Positions 39,179 to 49,112 of a stretch of DNA of 64,000 bases are shown here, one piece after another (the first letter of the stretch is position 1; each line of letters starts with the position of its first letter). The position numbers and the translations under genes are program-made. Source of the DNA: Fibrobacteria bacterium. Its GTDB lineage: Bacteria; Fibrobacterota; Fibrobacteria; UBA11236. The notes under the pieces are model-generated. The model had not been told where the DNA came from, searched no databases, and worked only from the letters and a program-made list of their open reading frames with translations. Location: positions 1-64,000 of the forward strand of contig JAYTHY010000023.1 of assembly GCA_043732185.1 (NCBI GenBank), read 5' to 3'.

Positions 39179-41331
39179 ATCAACAACCGATCAAACCCCA
39201 AAGAGAATTAGCATTTGGGGATTATTTTAGAATCCTGGTTAAAAACAAGTACATCATCCTATTCACAGTTACCGCTTTTATTGGACCAACTTGGTGGTTT
39301 CTAAAGCTACTCCCTGCAGTTTATACCACCAGTAGCCAAATGGTCATGGACGAAAAATCCAACGGGTCCGCAAGCTTGTTAATGGAAAGTCCAACAAACC
39401 AAAAGGACATAGGGTATTATCGAGCACTATTGCAAAGCACCGCCTTCCAGGATCGGATTATTCAAGCTGTGACTCCGGAATTGGTTAAAGCTGGTATCAC
39501 CAAAGATTTACGAACATTTGTTGGAGAACATTTGTATTTGAGCGAAGGTAGTGTGCCTTCCTTTATTTCATTGAACTCCAAAACTAATTCGGTTGATCTG
39601 ACATACGCTTTGGTGCAAAGGGCTACAGATAGTTTGATGGTTTTCAGCCGCAAGGTGGAAAATGAAGAGTCTGAAAAAGCAATCAGCGCCATAAAAGAAC
39701 AAATCGATGTATGCGTAAAAAAACGTGAAGAAATCCAATTGGAACGGACCAAAAAGACTGGGATTTCCCAACTGAACAGTCTTGGCGATGCTGCGGGCCT
39801 GACTGCTCTGGAAAAAAACTATCAGGACGAACTTGTGAAAGTGGAGTTGGACAAAGCCAACCTGGAAGCCAAACGAAGTTATTTTCAATCCCTGGACAAT
39901 TCCATCAATGCTTCCCGCAATGCGGGAAAAGATACTGCGACAGAAAGTCTTAAGGCACAAATGAAAATTCTTGAAAAGGAAAAAGAAAAAATGTTGAGGC
40001 TTGGACTAGCCTTGACTCCCGATAACAAGGTCGTTAAGGAAATACAGTCCCTTGAAGAAAGACTCGCCAAACTTAGCAGAAACAACGACAACCAACAGGA
40101 TATTAATCAGTTTAAGGAATGGCAGGTGCTACGCAAGGAAATTTCCAGTAATGAAGGTGAAATGAAACTGAAACGCGCACGGTTGGACGCATTCAAACGC
40201 GCCATTGTCAATTACCGTGAAGGACATCCTGACCTAGGTAAGCATGAGTTTGAGATTTCTCAATTGGATAATTTACTCACACGCTATATCGCCACCAACC
40301 AAAGACTTTCAGAGCGACTTGAAGACATGGTCATTCAGGTGCAATCCAAATCGGGCGGCCTTAAATTGGTCGATGCCGCCCAAGTTCCGGTGGATCCTAT
40401 TCCCCGTCGGGATATCATTTTCTATTTGGTTGCACTGATTGTGGGTTTGGCTATTGGCGTTGGCATAAGCATCCTTCGAGAATTTATGGATGACACGGTC
40501 AAGTCCCCGGATGATGTGGAAAAGCAGTTGGGCCTGACTTTACTTGGAACCATTCCGCATATTGTCGCGAAGAAAGAGGATTTAGAGGTGAAGCGTTCCT
40601 ACGCCAAAGGAAAAAAAGCGCAGATTCGAAACAAATATCCGGAGTTAGTTCTTGGCCCTGGTAATGAAGAAAGCGTGGTGGCAGAAGCTTACCGGTCTTT
40701 GCGAACAAACATTGTCTTTTCGAGCCCAGATAAGGCTATCCAAACCTTGCTGATTACTAGCAGCGGACCTGGCGAAGGTAAGTCCCTGACCATGGCGAAT
40801 ACTGCCTTGTCCTTCGCTCAACAGGGTGAACCGACTTTAGTCATCGATACAGATCTGCGCCGTCCCGTCGATCACCATCTTTTTGGGTTTGATCGTGGGC
40901 CGGGATTTGGAGAGCTTTTTGCAGGCACCAATACCATGGACGAAGTGTGCCGTGCTGTCGAAGGAACAAACCTAAAAATAATGACGGCCGGCGCCTATAT
41001 GCCCAATCCGGCCGAGCTTCTTGGATCCAAAAAAATGGACACCTTCCTGGTAGAACTTAAAAAACGCTTCCGTTATATTTTGTTTGACACGCCTCCGGTC
41101 ATTGCCGTAACGGATGCCGCTATCTTGGCTACGAAATTGGATGGAGTGGTGTTGGTCATCCGGGCTAATAAAACAAGCTTAGGCGTTACAATGCGGACGT
41201 TGCAAACCTTACGAAACGTCAATGCCAAGATGTTGGGCTGCATTCTCAATGACGTTGACATCACCAAGGGCTCCTCGTCTTATGGTTATTACAAACATTA
41301 CTACCACTACTATTTAGCCAAAAAGGATTGA
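39175..41331 (+). CDS. Polysaccharide co-polymerase / BY-kinase (Wzc-like)
   Basis: Two TM helices, coiled-coil periplasmic region, EAYRSLRTN, GEGKS, DTDLRRP, FDTPP, C-terminal Tyr cluster YGYYKHYYHYY. Confidence 0.95.
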   Translation: MNQQPIKPQRELAFGDYFRILVKNKYIILFTVTAFIGPTWWFLKLLPAVYTTSSQMVMDEKSNGSASLLMESPTNQKDIGYYRALLQSTAFQDRIIQAVTPELVKAGITKDLRTFVGEHLYLSEGSVPSFISLNSKTNSVDLTYALVQRATDSLMVFSRKVENEESEKAISAIKEQIDVCVKKREEIQLERTKKTGISQLNSLGDAAGLTALEKNYQDELVKVELDKANLEAKRSYFQSLDNSINASRNAGKDTATESLKAQMKILEKEKEKMLRLGLALTPDNKVVKEIQSLEERLAKLSRNNDNQQDINQFKEWQVLRKEISSNEGEMKLKRARLDAFKRAIVNYREGHPDLGKHEFEISQLDNLLTRYIATNQRLSERLEDMVIQVQSKSGGLKLVDAAQVPVDPIPRRDIIFYLVALIVGLAIGVGISILREFMDDTVKSPDDVEKQLGLTLLGTIPHIVAKKEDLEVKRSYAKGKKAQIRNKYPELVLGPGNEESVVAEAYRSLRTNIVFSSPDKAIQTLLITSSGPGEGKSLTMANTALSFAQQGEPTLVIDTDLRRPVDHHLFGFDRGPGFGELFAGTNTMDEVCRAVEGTNLKIMTAGAYMPNPAELLGSKKMDTFLVELKKRFRYILFDTPPVIAVTDAAILATKLDGVVLVIRANKTSLGVTMRTLQTLRNVNAKMLGCILNDVDITKGSSSYGYYKHYYHYYLAKKD

Positions 41332-41347
41332 GCCTAGCCCTCCGCCT

Positions 41348-42970
41348 ATGTCCGATCTACGCCGGGTTGCCAGGAACATCGTACATTTCCTTTTTTCCCA
41401 TGTCGTATCATTTGTTTTGGGTATGGTGGCTTCAGTGGTTATGGCCCGCTCACTGGGACCTAACGATTTGGGTATTTTCCACCAGGTACAGTGGTTTGCT
41501 GGTACAGCTTCCGTCATCATTTCGATGGGTTTTATTACCGGAATAACCAAATTTACAGCCCAGTACCGAGCCGAAGGCCGCAACCGGGACATTGTAGCAA
41601 TGGTAAGATTCATTTTCAATATCGAGCTAGCGATTGCAGGAATTACCACAGTTGGATTGATGCTGCTAGCACCCCAAATCGCGGATCATTACTTCTCACC
41701 TGCTCAAACCAAATTATTCATGCTGGCTTTCATTGCAATTACTCCCGGAATCCAAACAGCAATATTTTCCGCGACCCTGGAAGGTGCCCAGATATTCCGA
41801 TACCAAACAGTTCATTCCCTGACTGTTACGCCCATCGCCCTTGGTACTAAAGTGTGGTTAATGTTGAACGGCTATGGACTGCTGTCCTTGTTCTGGATCA
41901 ACCTTATTTTCGCTCTGGTCAATCTCGTCTTCTTTTATTGGGCCGCCAAGCGGGAAGGCTTGCTACTGGGTTGGATGCGGGGGTGGAAAGGCGGAATAAT
42001 TTGGAAAACGGAATTACTGAAGTACAACAAATCCTCCATCGGCATCCATTTTGTAGACCTGGTGGTTTGGTCGCGATCGGAAAATTTTTTCTTAGGTCGA
42101 TTCTGTCCAGCTCCACAGATCGCCTATTACAATCTCGCGCACAACTTAATCGCAAAATTTACCGGCACTCTACCCAACCTCATGTGGCGCATTCTACTTC
42201 CCCTTTCAGCCGAACAACAGGGAAAATCCGATGGTGATCGAATGAAACGTACCTACCGCCATGCGCTGCGCTATGTTGGCTTCATTGCCTTTCCTACAGT
42301 TACAGCCTGCTATGTAGCCGCCTACGAGTTGATTATCATTTTTTATGGACATGCCTATGCCGAGGCAAAAACCTGTTTTCAAATTTTTTGCTTCGGCGCC
42401 CTGCTTGCCAACTTGGCGCAGCCTGGTTCGGCAGCGATATACGCTACAGATCGACAGGGGTTTATTTTGAAATATGGCGCGATTCTGGCCGTTCTGAATA
42501 TCTCCTTGGACCTTTGGCTCATTCCAAAATACGGGGCACCGGGCGCTGCTGCTTGTTACGGAATCACCACTTCACTAGGCGTTATCGGCGGCTTTGTGTT
42601 TACCACTCAAAAAATGAATCTCAGTATTCCTTGGACAGCCTGGATTAAGTCTGCCTCTGCGGCAACCCTGATGGGTATCCTTTTGGCCTACCTGCTAACC
42701 ATTCAATCATCGGCTTTTGATTTGTTTAAGCCCATGCAAGCATTGATGATGGAATGGACCGGGCATGATTTTGATATTCTCTTAAGCCCAAGGGCAGTGC
42801 GATTGCAATTCGCATGCGTGTTATCAGGTCTGGTCTATCTATGCATAGCTTTAGCACTTTTTAAACCACAAGAAGACGATCGAAAAATTTTGGCCGCCAT
42901 GCACCGGTTTCTACCCCGGCCATTAACATGGATCATACAGCGTAAACTTTCCGCTGTGAAAATGATTTGA
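41348..42970 (+). CDS. Wzx-type flippase
   Basis: ARSLGPNDLG, many TM helices, LIPKYGAPGAA. Confidence 0.9.
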   Translation: MSDLRRVARNIVHFLFSHVVSFVLGMVASVVMARSLGPNDLGIFHQVQWFAGTASVIISMGFITGITKFTAQYRAEGRNRDIVAMVRFIFNIELAIAGITTVGLMLLAPQIADHYFSPAQTKLFMLAFIAITPGIQTAIFSATLEGAQIFRYQTVHSLTVTPIALGTKVWLMLNGYGLLSLFWINLIFALVNLVFFYWAAKREGLLLGWMRGWKGGIIWKTELLKYNKSSIGIHFVDLVVWSRSENFFLGRFCPAPQIAYYNLAHNLIAKFTGTLPNLMWRILLPLSAEQQGKSDGDRMKRTYRHALRYVGFIAFPTVTACYVAAYELIIIFYGHAYAEAKTCFQIFCFGALLANLAQPGSAAIYATDRQGFILKYGAILAVLNISLDLWLIPKYGAPGAAACYGITTSLGVIGGFVFTTQKMNLSIPWTAWIKSASAATLMGILLAYLLTIQSSAFDLFKPMQALMMEWTGHDFDILLSPRAVRLQFACVLSGLVYLCIALALFKPQEDDRKILAAMHRFLPRPLTWIIQRKLSAVKMI

Positions 42971-42971
42971 T

Positions 42972-44114
42972 ATGGAAGTCGTATTTATCGATTCGGAACC
43001 TCCAGGTCTTGCTGGCGGCGGCATCCGCACCTACTTATCCTTAACCATGCAGGCTTGCCGCGAGCGCGGTATAAACACCCGAATTTACACACATAATCCT
43101 CACGCATATCCAGGTGAAACCACTGTCTCCATTGGCCGCAAGGCCTTTTTTCCCAGGGTTATGCGTGGACTTGCGTACCGGTTACAGTATTCTGAAAATG
43201 TTTTATGGGAACATTCCTATTGGCTAGCACAAGAGCTTGAAAACTTCGACGGTCCAGAAAAGGTGTATGAGTTCGCGGATTTCCTTGGATATGGATTTTT
43301 CACATTACGCAATCCAGCCATGCGTCAGAGGACGTTTTTGCGCATCCATACACCAAATTTTTTAGTCGCGAAATCGAACCGGGGTCTCAAATCCATCTTG
43401 TCCAGTTGGCAATGTACATGGCGGGAAAAGGAATGCCTGCGAAAAGCCTACCGCATCACCGTGCCTTCTGCGGAATTTGTGAAAGAGAAGTTACCCTGGC
43501 TTAAGAATTGGAAGCATCTACCTAATCCCCTTCCTCTCAAAACGAGTGAATTGCGAGTACAAGACGCTCTTATACCCACGCGAATGCTTTACCTAGGGAG
43601 AGTGGAGCCTCGAAAAGGTGTGCTGCAACTGGTGCGAGCTTTCCTCATTCTGGCCGCAACGCAAAAGGAATTGAGTTTGACCTTGGTAGGGAGCCATGTC
43701 CCCGGCTCCTATTCACGCGAGGTGCAAGCGCTCATCGATTCGCAATCTCCGGAAATACGTAGTCGATTGACCTGGGAGCCACCTTGCCCTCCGGAGATGC
43801 GCCCTATGCTGTTTGCCCGCTTCCAAATATTGGTTGTCCCCTCACTTTGGGAAAACAGTCCTTATGTCTATTTCGAAGGTATGGCCGCTGGCCTGCTCTG
43901 CGTCGGCACCTCCACTGGTGAAATGAAAGCCGTGGTCCAGGTTACCGGAAATCCAACGGTGCAAATTGGTAGCTTGGATGATTGGGTACGGACCTTGGAA
44001 GCCGTGACCACTCGATCCCATCCGGAAGTGGTGATTGCCCAAAATGAATACTTGTGTTCCCGACGTGAAGATACACTCAATCGCCTCATCGATAATTATT
44101 TGGAAATGGGTTAG
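42972..44114 (+). CDS. Glycosyltransferase family 4
   Basis: GGIRTY, GRVEPRKG, PSLWENSPYVYFEGMAAG. Confidence 0.9.
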   Translation: MEVVFIDSEPPGLAGGGIRTYLSLTMQACRERGINTRIYTHNPHAYPGETTVSIGRKAFFPRVMRGLAYRLQYSENVLWEHSYWLAQELENFDGPEKVYEFADFLGYGFFTLRNPAMRQRTFLRIHTPNFLVAKSNRGLKSILSSWQCTWREKECLRKAYRITVPSAEFVKEKLPWLKNWKHLPNPLPLKTSELRVQDALIPTRMLYLGRVEPRKGVLQLVRAFLILAATQKELSLTLVGSHVPGSYSREVQALIDSQSPEIRSRLTWEPPCPPEMRPMLFARFQILVVPSLWENSPYVYFEGMAAGLLCVGTSTGEMKAVVQVTGNPTVQIGSLDDWVRTLEAVTTRSHPEVVIAQNEYLCSRREDTLNRLIDNYLEMG

Positions 44115-44116
44115 TG

Positions 44117-45346
44117 ATGAAAATCGGGATACTTTCACGTGAATATCCTCCCCTAACTCATGTGGGTGGAATAGCCACCTTCTCAGCGGCAGCGGCCGCA
44201 TTACTTGCCAAGCAGGGGCATGAAGTCCATGTGGTTTGCAATGGAACCGAAAACAGCATTCAATCCGATGCGGGAATCACCGTGCACCGAGTTAAAATGC
44301 TTCCGCATCACTTTCCTATAGGCCGGTTTTACTACTGGTACCGCGCATTATATCGCAAACATCTTCCCAATTATTTGGAAGCTCTAACCTGGGCCAGAAC
44401 GGCCGCGAACTATTTATCAATCGCAGCTGCTCTAAACGGATTGGATGTATGGGAATATCCAGAAACGGCAGGAGAAGGGGCTTTCTTTCCCCGGTCAGCC
44501 AAAGGAAACCAAACCCGCTTGGTTTGCCGGATCCATACGGGCTGGCTGAATGGATATACGGCAAATCCGTTGGAACGAACCCTCCTGTTAAGGTTTCAAA
44601 AAAAATCCTGCATGCATGCCAATACGCTGGTTTCACCCAGCGCATACATGGCCAATAGTTACCTTCGAAATACCTTGGGTATATCCCATTCCGTCATCGT
44701 GAGTCGAAACCCTTTTTCACCTTGGAAAAACCCAATCGATTGGGAAAACAAGAGTCTCGATCACATGCTCTACGTGGGAAGGGTCGAATATCGAAAAGGA
44801 CTGCAAACTTTACTTAAGGCGCTTGATCTATTGGGTGAGGATGCCAAGGGCATTACTTTGCGAGTAGTTGGACATCTGCATCCTCCATCGAGAGAGCTGG
44901 ACCGCCAATCCATAGAGTATTTTAAAGAACATCTGGCTAAACAGGCCGGAAAAGAAAACTATACAATCGAATATGCCGGTCCGTCCGTGCATGGAGAAAT
45001 GCCAAGGCATTATGATTGGGCAGGAATACAAGTGATCCCATCCCTTATCGAAAACTACCCTTACGTGGCATTGGAGGGCCTTTCCAGGGGATGTTACTTA
45101 ATTGGAAGCAATGTCGGGGGAATACCCGAAATAATCGATCATGTGGGGCGTGGAATGCTGTTTGAACCTGAAAATAGCACACAGTTGGCTGAAAAAATAA
45201 GAGAATGTAGGCGTCGGAAGCGTGAAATTTCCGATGGTAGACGGGAGTCGGTGGAACAAATTCGCAACGAATTTGCGCCGGAAGCCTGTTACCAAAGGCT
45301 AATGGAAGTGTATGGCGCCGACCTTTCGCAGAGGACTCAAATTTAG
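44117..45346 (+). CDS. Glycosyltransferase family 4
   Basis: SREYPP..GGI, GRVEYRKG, PSLIENYPYVALEG, GGIPE. Confidence 0.92.
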   Translation: MKIGILSREYPPLTHVGGIATFSAAAAALLAKQGHEVHVVCNGTENSIQSDAGITVHRVKMLPHHFPIGRFYYWYRALYRKHLPNYLEALTWARTAANYLSIAAALNGLDVWEYPETAGEGAFFPRSAKGNQTRLVCRIHTGWLNGYTANPLERTLLLRFQKKSCMHANTLVSPSAYMANSYLRNTLGISHSVIVSRNPFSPWKNPIDWENKSLDHMLYVGRVEYRKGLQTLLKALDLLGEDAKGITLRVVGHLHPPSRELDRQSIEYFKEHLAKQAGKENYTIEYAGPSVHGEMPRHYDWAGIQVIPSLIENYPYVALEGLSRGCYLIGSNVGGIPEIIDHVGRGMLFEPENSTQLAEKIRECRRRKREISDGRRESVEQIRNEFAPEACYQRLMEVYGADLSQRTQI

Positions 45347-45947
45347 GATTTATATAATCCTGAAACGCCTTATCGATATCATCGGTTCACTAATAGGATT
45401 GATGGTCCTTTTCCTCGGCTTTTTTTTAATTGTTGTCTGTATCAAGCTGGACTCCCGTGGACCCATTTTCTTTCTACAAACTCGCGTAGGTCAATATGGA
45501 CATCGTTTCAAGTTCATAAAATTCCGAACTATGCGCGTGGGCGCGCATATTAAACAATGGGAAATCGACAGTCTTAATGAATCAGGTGGCCTAACTTTTA
45601 AGATGCAAAACGATCCAAGAGTGACGAGGGTTGGGCAACTGCTGAGACGCACAAGCATCGATGAAATGCCGCAATTTTGGAACGTACTGAGAGGACAAAT
45701 GTCCCTGGTTGGACCGCGTCCTGCACTATTGGGTGAAGTCAACCGCTACAACGACATTCAAAAAGTACGCATGACCGTACCCCAGGGCATGACAGGACTA
45801 TGGCAAGTGAGGGGCCGGTCCAATCTCAAGTTCGATCAAATGGTTGATTTGGACGTTTACTATGCTCTTCATCCTAGTTTGCGAATGGATTTAAAAATTC
45901 TCATGGCCACCTTGCCGGCCGTCTTTTTGGGGAGAGGTGCCGTTTGA
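45312..45947 (+). CDS. Priming sugar transferase (small monotopic phosphoglycosyl transferase)
   Basis: KRLIDI, KFRTM, DPRVTRVG, SIDEMPQ, MSLVGPRP, GMTGLWQV. Confidence 0.95.
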   Translation: MAPTFRRGLKFRIYIILKRLIDIIGSLIGLMVLFLGFFLIVVCIKLDSRGPIFFLQTRVGQYGHRFKFIKFRTMRVGAHIKQWEIDSLNESGGLTFKMQNDPRVTRVGQLLRRTSIDEMPQFWNVLRGQMSLVGPRPALLGEVNRYNDIQKVRMTVPQGMTGLWQVRGRSNLKFDQMVDLDVYYALHPSLRMDLKILMATLPAVFLGRGAV

Positions 45948-46894
45948 TCCTTTCCGATTCTCCCAGGAAGAAAATCAGTTTGGCCCTAGTCACTTATAAT
46001 CAAGCAGACTTATTACAACTTTACCTGAATAAATATTTGCAAGACGGTTCCGATATAGTTGACCTCACTATTATTGATGATGGTTCCGATGATGAAACGG
46101 AAACCATTCTGCGTACCTTAGCCCAGGATCTGCCGGTCCACATCCATCGCATTCCGCACGGCTCTATCGCTCAGGCCCGCAACCATGCGCTGCGTCACAC
46201 CCCCACTCCATGGTTGGCGTTCTCGGATACCGATTGTCAATTGAATCGCCGCTATTTTGAAACGGTACTGACGATTCCGGATCGGTTTGATGGCTATGCA
46301 GGAGTGGAAGGGGCCGTTTTTCCTCCACCTGGACCGAAACCGCCTTTTACCCATTCCCTTTCCAATCCCACCGGAGGAACTTTTGCAACCGCAAACATGG
46401 TTTTTCATGTTCCGAGCATTCTAGGCCTGGGAGGGTTCGATCCTGAATTCAAAAATTTCCGCGAGGACGCGGATCTTGCTCTTACGATTATCGAACGCTA
46501 CGGCATCATTCCTTTTTGTCCTGAATTGTCCGTTGAACATCCTCACCTACCACGGAATTTCGGCCAATCGTTGTGTCGAGCTCTGACTTCACAATCCCAA
46601 ATTATTCGCTCTGAAATTCGGCTTTTTGAAAAGCACCCACGAGAATATGGCAGACTGCGTCATCATGACCATCTCCATGGCACCTTGCGGGCATGGATAT
46701 TGAATTACTCTATAGCCTGCCTGAAAGAGGGCGTTCAGTATCTATTTAAGAGTCCTAATTTGTCCGCTCTCCAACGCTTACAAGGTACGATTCCGGCATG
46801 CTTAGCCTTAGTCGTGGCCATATGGGAACAGTTTTGTGTGAGTGCTTGCTGCATGGTGCAATTGCCTAAACTGGTGAAAGCAAAATCCTCGTGA
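45944..46894 (+). CDS. Glycosyltransferase family 2
   Basis: VTYN, IDDGSDD, ARN, SDTD, REDADL. Confidence 0.88.
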   Translation: MILSDSPRKKISLALVTYNQADLLQLYLNKYLQDGSDIVDLTIIDDGSDDETETILRTLAQDLPVHIHRIPHGSIAQARNHALRHTPTPWLAFSDTDCQLNRRYFETVLTIPDRFDGYAGVEGAVFPPPGPKPPFTHSLSNPTGGTFATANMVFHVPSILGLGGFDPEFKNFREDADLALTIIERYGIIPFCPELSVEHPHLPRNFGQSLCRALTSQSQIIRSEIRLFEKHPREYGRLRHHDHLHGTLRAWILNYSIACLKEGVQYLFKSPNLSALQRLQGTIPACLALVVAIWEQFCVSACCMVQLPKLVKAKSS

Positions 46895-48033
46895 AAACGC
46901 TCATTCTCTGGTCTGGTGCTGTGGTTCCCGCCTACAGAGAATTTTTTCAGGATCTGGCGAAGTACATGCATGTACGGGCCCTGGCGCCAAAACGATGGAC
47001 CCATGGATCCATTGCATTCCAAAGGCCATCTAAAACGGATCCCGAAATTAAATCTCAAGACTCCGACTTCACCTCCAATCCTAAATGTGAAATCGTACCA
47101 GCCACCTATTATCCGGAGGCCAGCGCCAGATATTTTGTTCCTTCACTTATTTTTCACCTATGGGGGTTTCGTCCCCGTTACCTTTATATCATGGATGAAA
47201 TGGACCGGATCAGCCTGACCTGGCATGCCTTGATCGCCAAGATTGCGTGGCCGAGAGTTAAAATCATTAGTTACTCGCTGCAAAACCTGGCAGAGCCCTC
47301 TTACTACCGTTGGCACCACCGACTCGCAATACACCTAAACCATAAACTAGTTTACCGGGGTATCGCCGCCTCCCGGGAAGCGCAAAAGGTTATGCGTGAA
47401 CATGGATTCCAGGGGCCCACTTGTGTTATTCCCCTATGGGGCGCGGAATCCTTCTTTCATCCCTGTGAACGCTCGCTCGCACAAACATATCGAAAAAGTT
47501 TGGGCATTCCTGATGACGCCATTGTCCTCTTGTTTTGTGGTAGCCTCGTCCCAGCCAAAGGATTGCAATTGCTGCTGGAAACCTTGCCCCATCACCCGCA
47601 TATTAAGTTGCTGACTGCAGGACTTGGTCCAATGGAGGACCTTCTACGAAAAGGTTTAGGCCAACAGTACGTGCCAATGGGCAGGTTGGAAGGAGAGGCG
47701 CTCAGGCGGTTTTACCAATCCGGCGATTACATCATCCTTCCCTCCCTTACCCTTCCCCATTGGAAGGAACAGGTGGGACGATCCTTAATCGAAGGTATTC
47801 TCTGTAATTGCGTTGCGCTCGGCAGTGACTCCGGGCACATTCCTGAACTTACCTTATTTCCGGAAACCACGTTCGCTGAGGGCAATTCCCAATCCCTCGA
47901 TAAGCTACTCGAAAGCCTCCCTCTATCAAATGCCCATTCCATACTGCTGGCCCAACTTCAAAATGTCAAAGAGCACTTCACATCATCGGCCGTAGCATTG
48001 CTCACGCATAAATTCCTTGCGGACGTAACATGA
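46891..48033 (+). CDS. Glycosyltransferase family 4
   Basis: GSLVPAKG, PSLT..WKEQVGRSLIEG, SDSGHIPE. Confidence 0.88.
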   Translation: MKTLILWSGAVVPAYREFFQDLAKYMHVRALAPKRWTHGSIAFQRPSKTDPEIKSQDSDFTSNPKCEIVPATYYPEASARYFVPSLIFHLWGFRPRYLYIMDEMDRISLTWHALIAKIAWPRVKIISYSLQNLAEPSYYRWHHRLAIHLNHKLVYRGIAASREAQKVMREHGFQGPTCVIPLWGAESFFHPCERSLAQTYRKSLGIPDDAIVLLFCGSLVPAKGLQLLLETLPHHPHIKLLTAGLGPMEDLLRKGLGQQYVPMGRLEGEALRRFYQSGDYIILPSLTLPHWKEQVGRSLIEGILCNCVALGSDSGHIPELTLFPETTFAEGNSQSLDKLLESLPLSNAHSILLAQLQNVKEHFTSSAVALLTHKFLADVT

Positions 48034-49112
48034 AATTGCTTTTTCTGCACCGCGATCTCCCCCCGGATAGTTTCACAGGTGTCGCCATACAGGTACACCG
48101 TCTGGCTAATGCTCTTACTGATTTGGGACATGATGTTTTCGTATATACGCACAGCCTGAAGACTCGAGAGGCGCGATATAACGTACTTCCAATTGCACTA
48201 CCGGGCCTTAAGGTGGCGGTCCAATTCCTACCTTTTCTAAAACGCCTCTGGTATCCCCTATGGTACCCTAAGCTATCAATGCAGGGATATGATGCCATTC
48301 ATATCCACGGCGACGGGGGATTTATCCAGTACCGCGGAAATCATCTGCGAACATTTTATGGTACAGCCGCACTGGAATACCTGCATGCTCGAAATATAAA
48401 AGGGAAATTGGCGCAAGGGTTATCTTACTGGTTGGAGAAACGCGAGGCGCGTCGTTGCCGGCTGACAGTCGGAATTTCCCCACATGTGGCTGCCCACTTA
48501 CCAGGTGTAGATCGAGTCATACCTTGCATGTTACCCTGTGAACCTGATGAAACGTCCTTTCCGAAAACACCCACTCCCAGCCTACTATACATTGGATCAC
48601 TCAAGTCCAGGAAGCGTGGTGAAATGGCGCTTGAGTTATTTCGCAACCTGAAACCGAAATTCCCGCAATTGACACTGACTTACGTTGGTCCATTGCAGGA
48701 TAGGCATTTCATAAAAGACCAAGCGGAATATCAAGGTGTGGAATTTCGCTCCAGGTTGGATCAGGAGGAGCTGACTGCATTGTACCGTCGAAGTTGGGTG
48801 TATTTGTGCCTCTCCAGTTATGAGGGTTTTGGAGTTGGAATCATAGAAGCCATGGCCTTTTCTTGTCCGGTAATTACAGTACCACATCCTGGCAGTGAAT
48901 ACCTGGTCAAGAATGGCGAAACTGGGATAATGTCTCCTTTGGAATCTCTGCCAGCAGTCCTGGAAGAAATTTTAACAAACGAATCGGCACGAAATGAAAT
49001 CAGTAAGCGAGCCCGTGATTTCTCTCGACGCTTTTCGCCTAAGACTGTTGCATCCACTTATGTCGAACTTTACCGTGTAGCTTGCGCGCGAACAGGAGGG
49101 GTGACAAGGTGA
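48030..49112 (+). CDS. Glycosyltransferase family 4
   Basis: GSLKSRKR, SSYEGFGVGIIEAMA. Confidence 0.9.
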   Translation: MKLLFLHRDLPPDSFTGVAIQVHRLANALTDLGHDVFVYTHSLKTREARYNVLPIALPGLKVAVQFLPFLKRLWYPLWYPKLSMQGYDAIHIHGDGGFIQYRGNHLRTFYGTAALEYLHARNIKGKLAQGLSYWLEKREARRCRLTVGISPHVAAHLPGVDRVIPCMLPCEPDETSFPKTPTPSLLYIGSLKSRKRGEMALELFRNLKPKFPQLTLTYVGPLQDRHFIKDQAEYQGVEFRSRLDQEELTALYRRSWVYLCLSSYEGFGVGIIEAMAFSCPVITVPHPGSEYLVKNGETGIMSPLESLPAVLEEILTNESARNEISKRARDFSRRFSPKTVASTYVELYRVACARTGGVTR

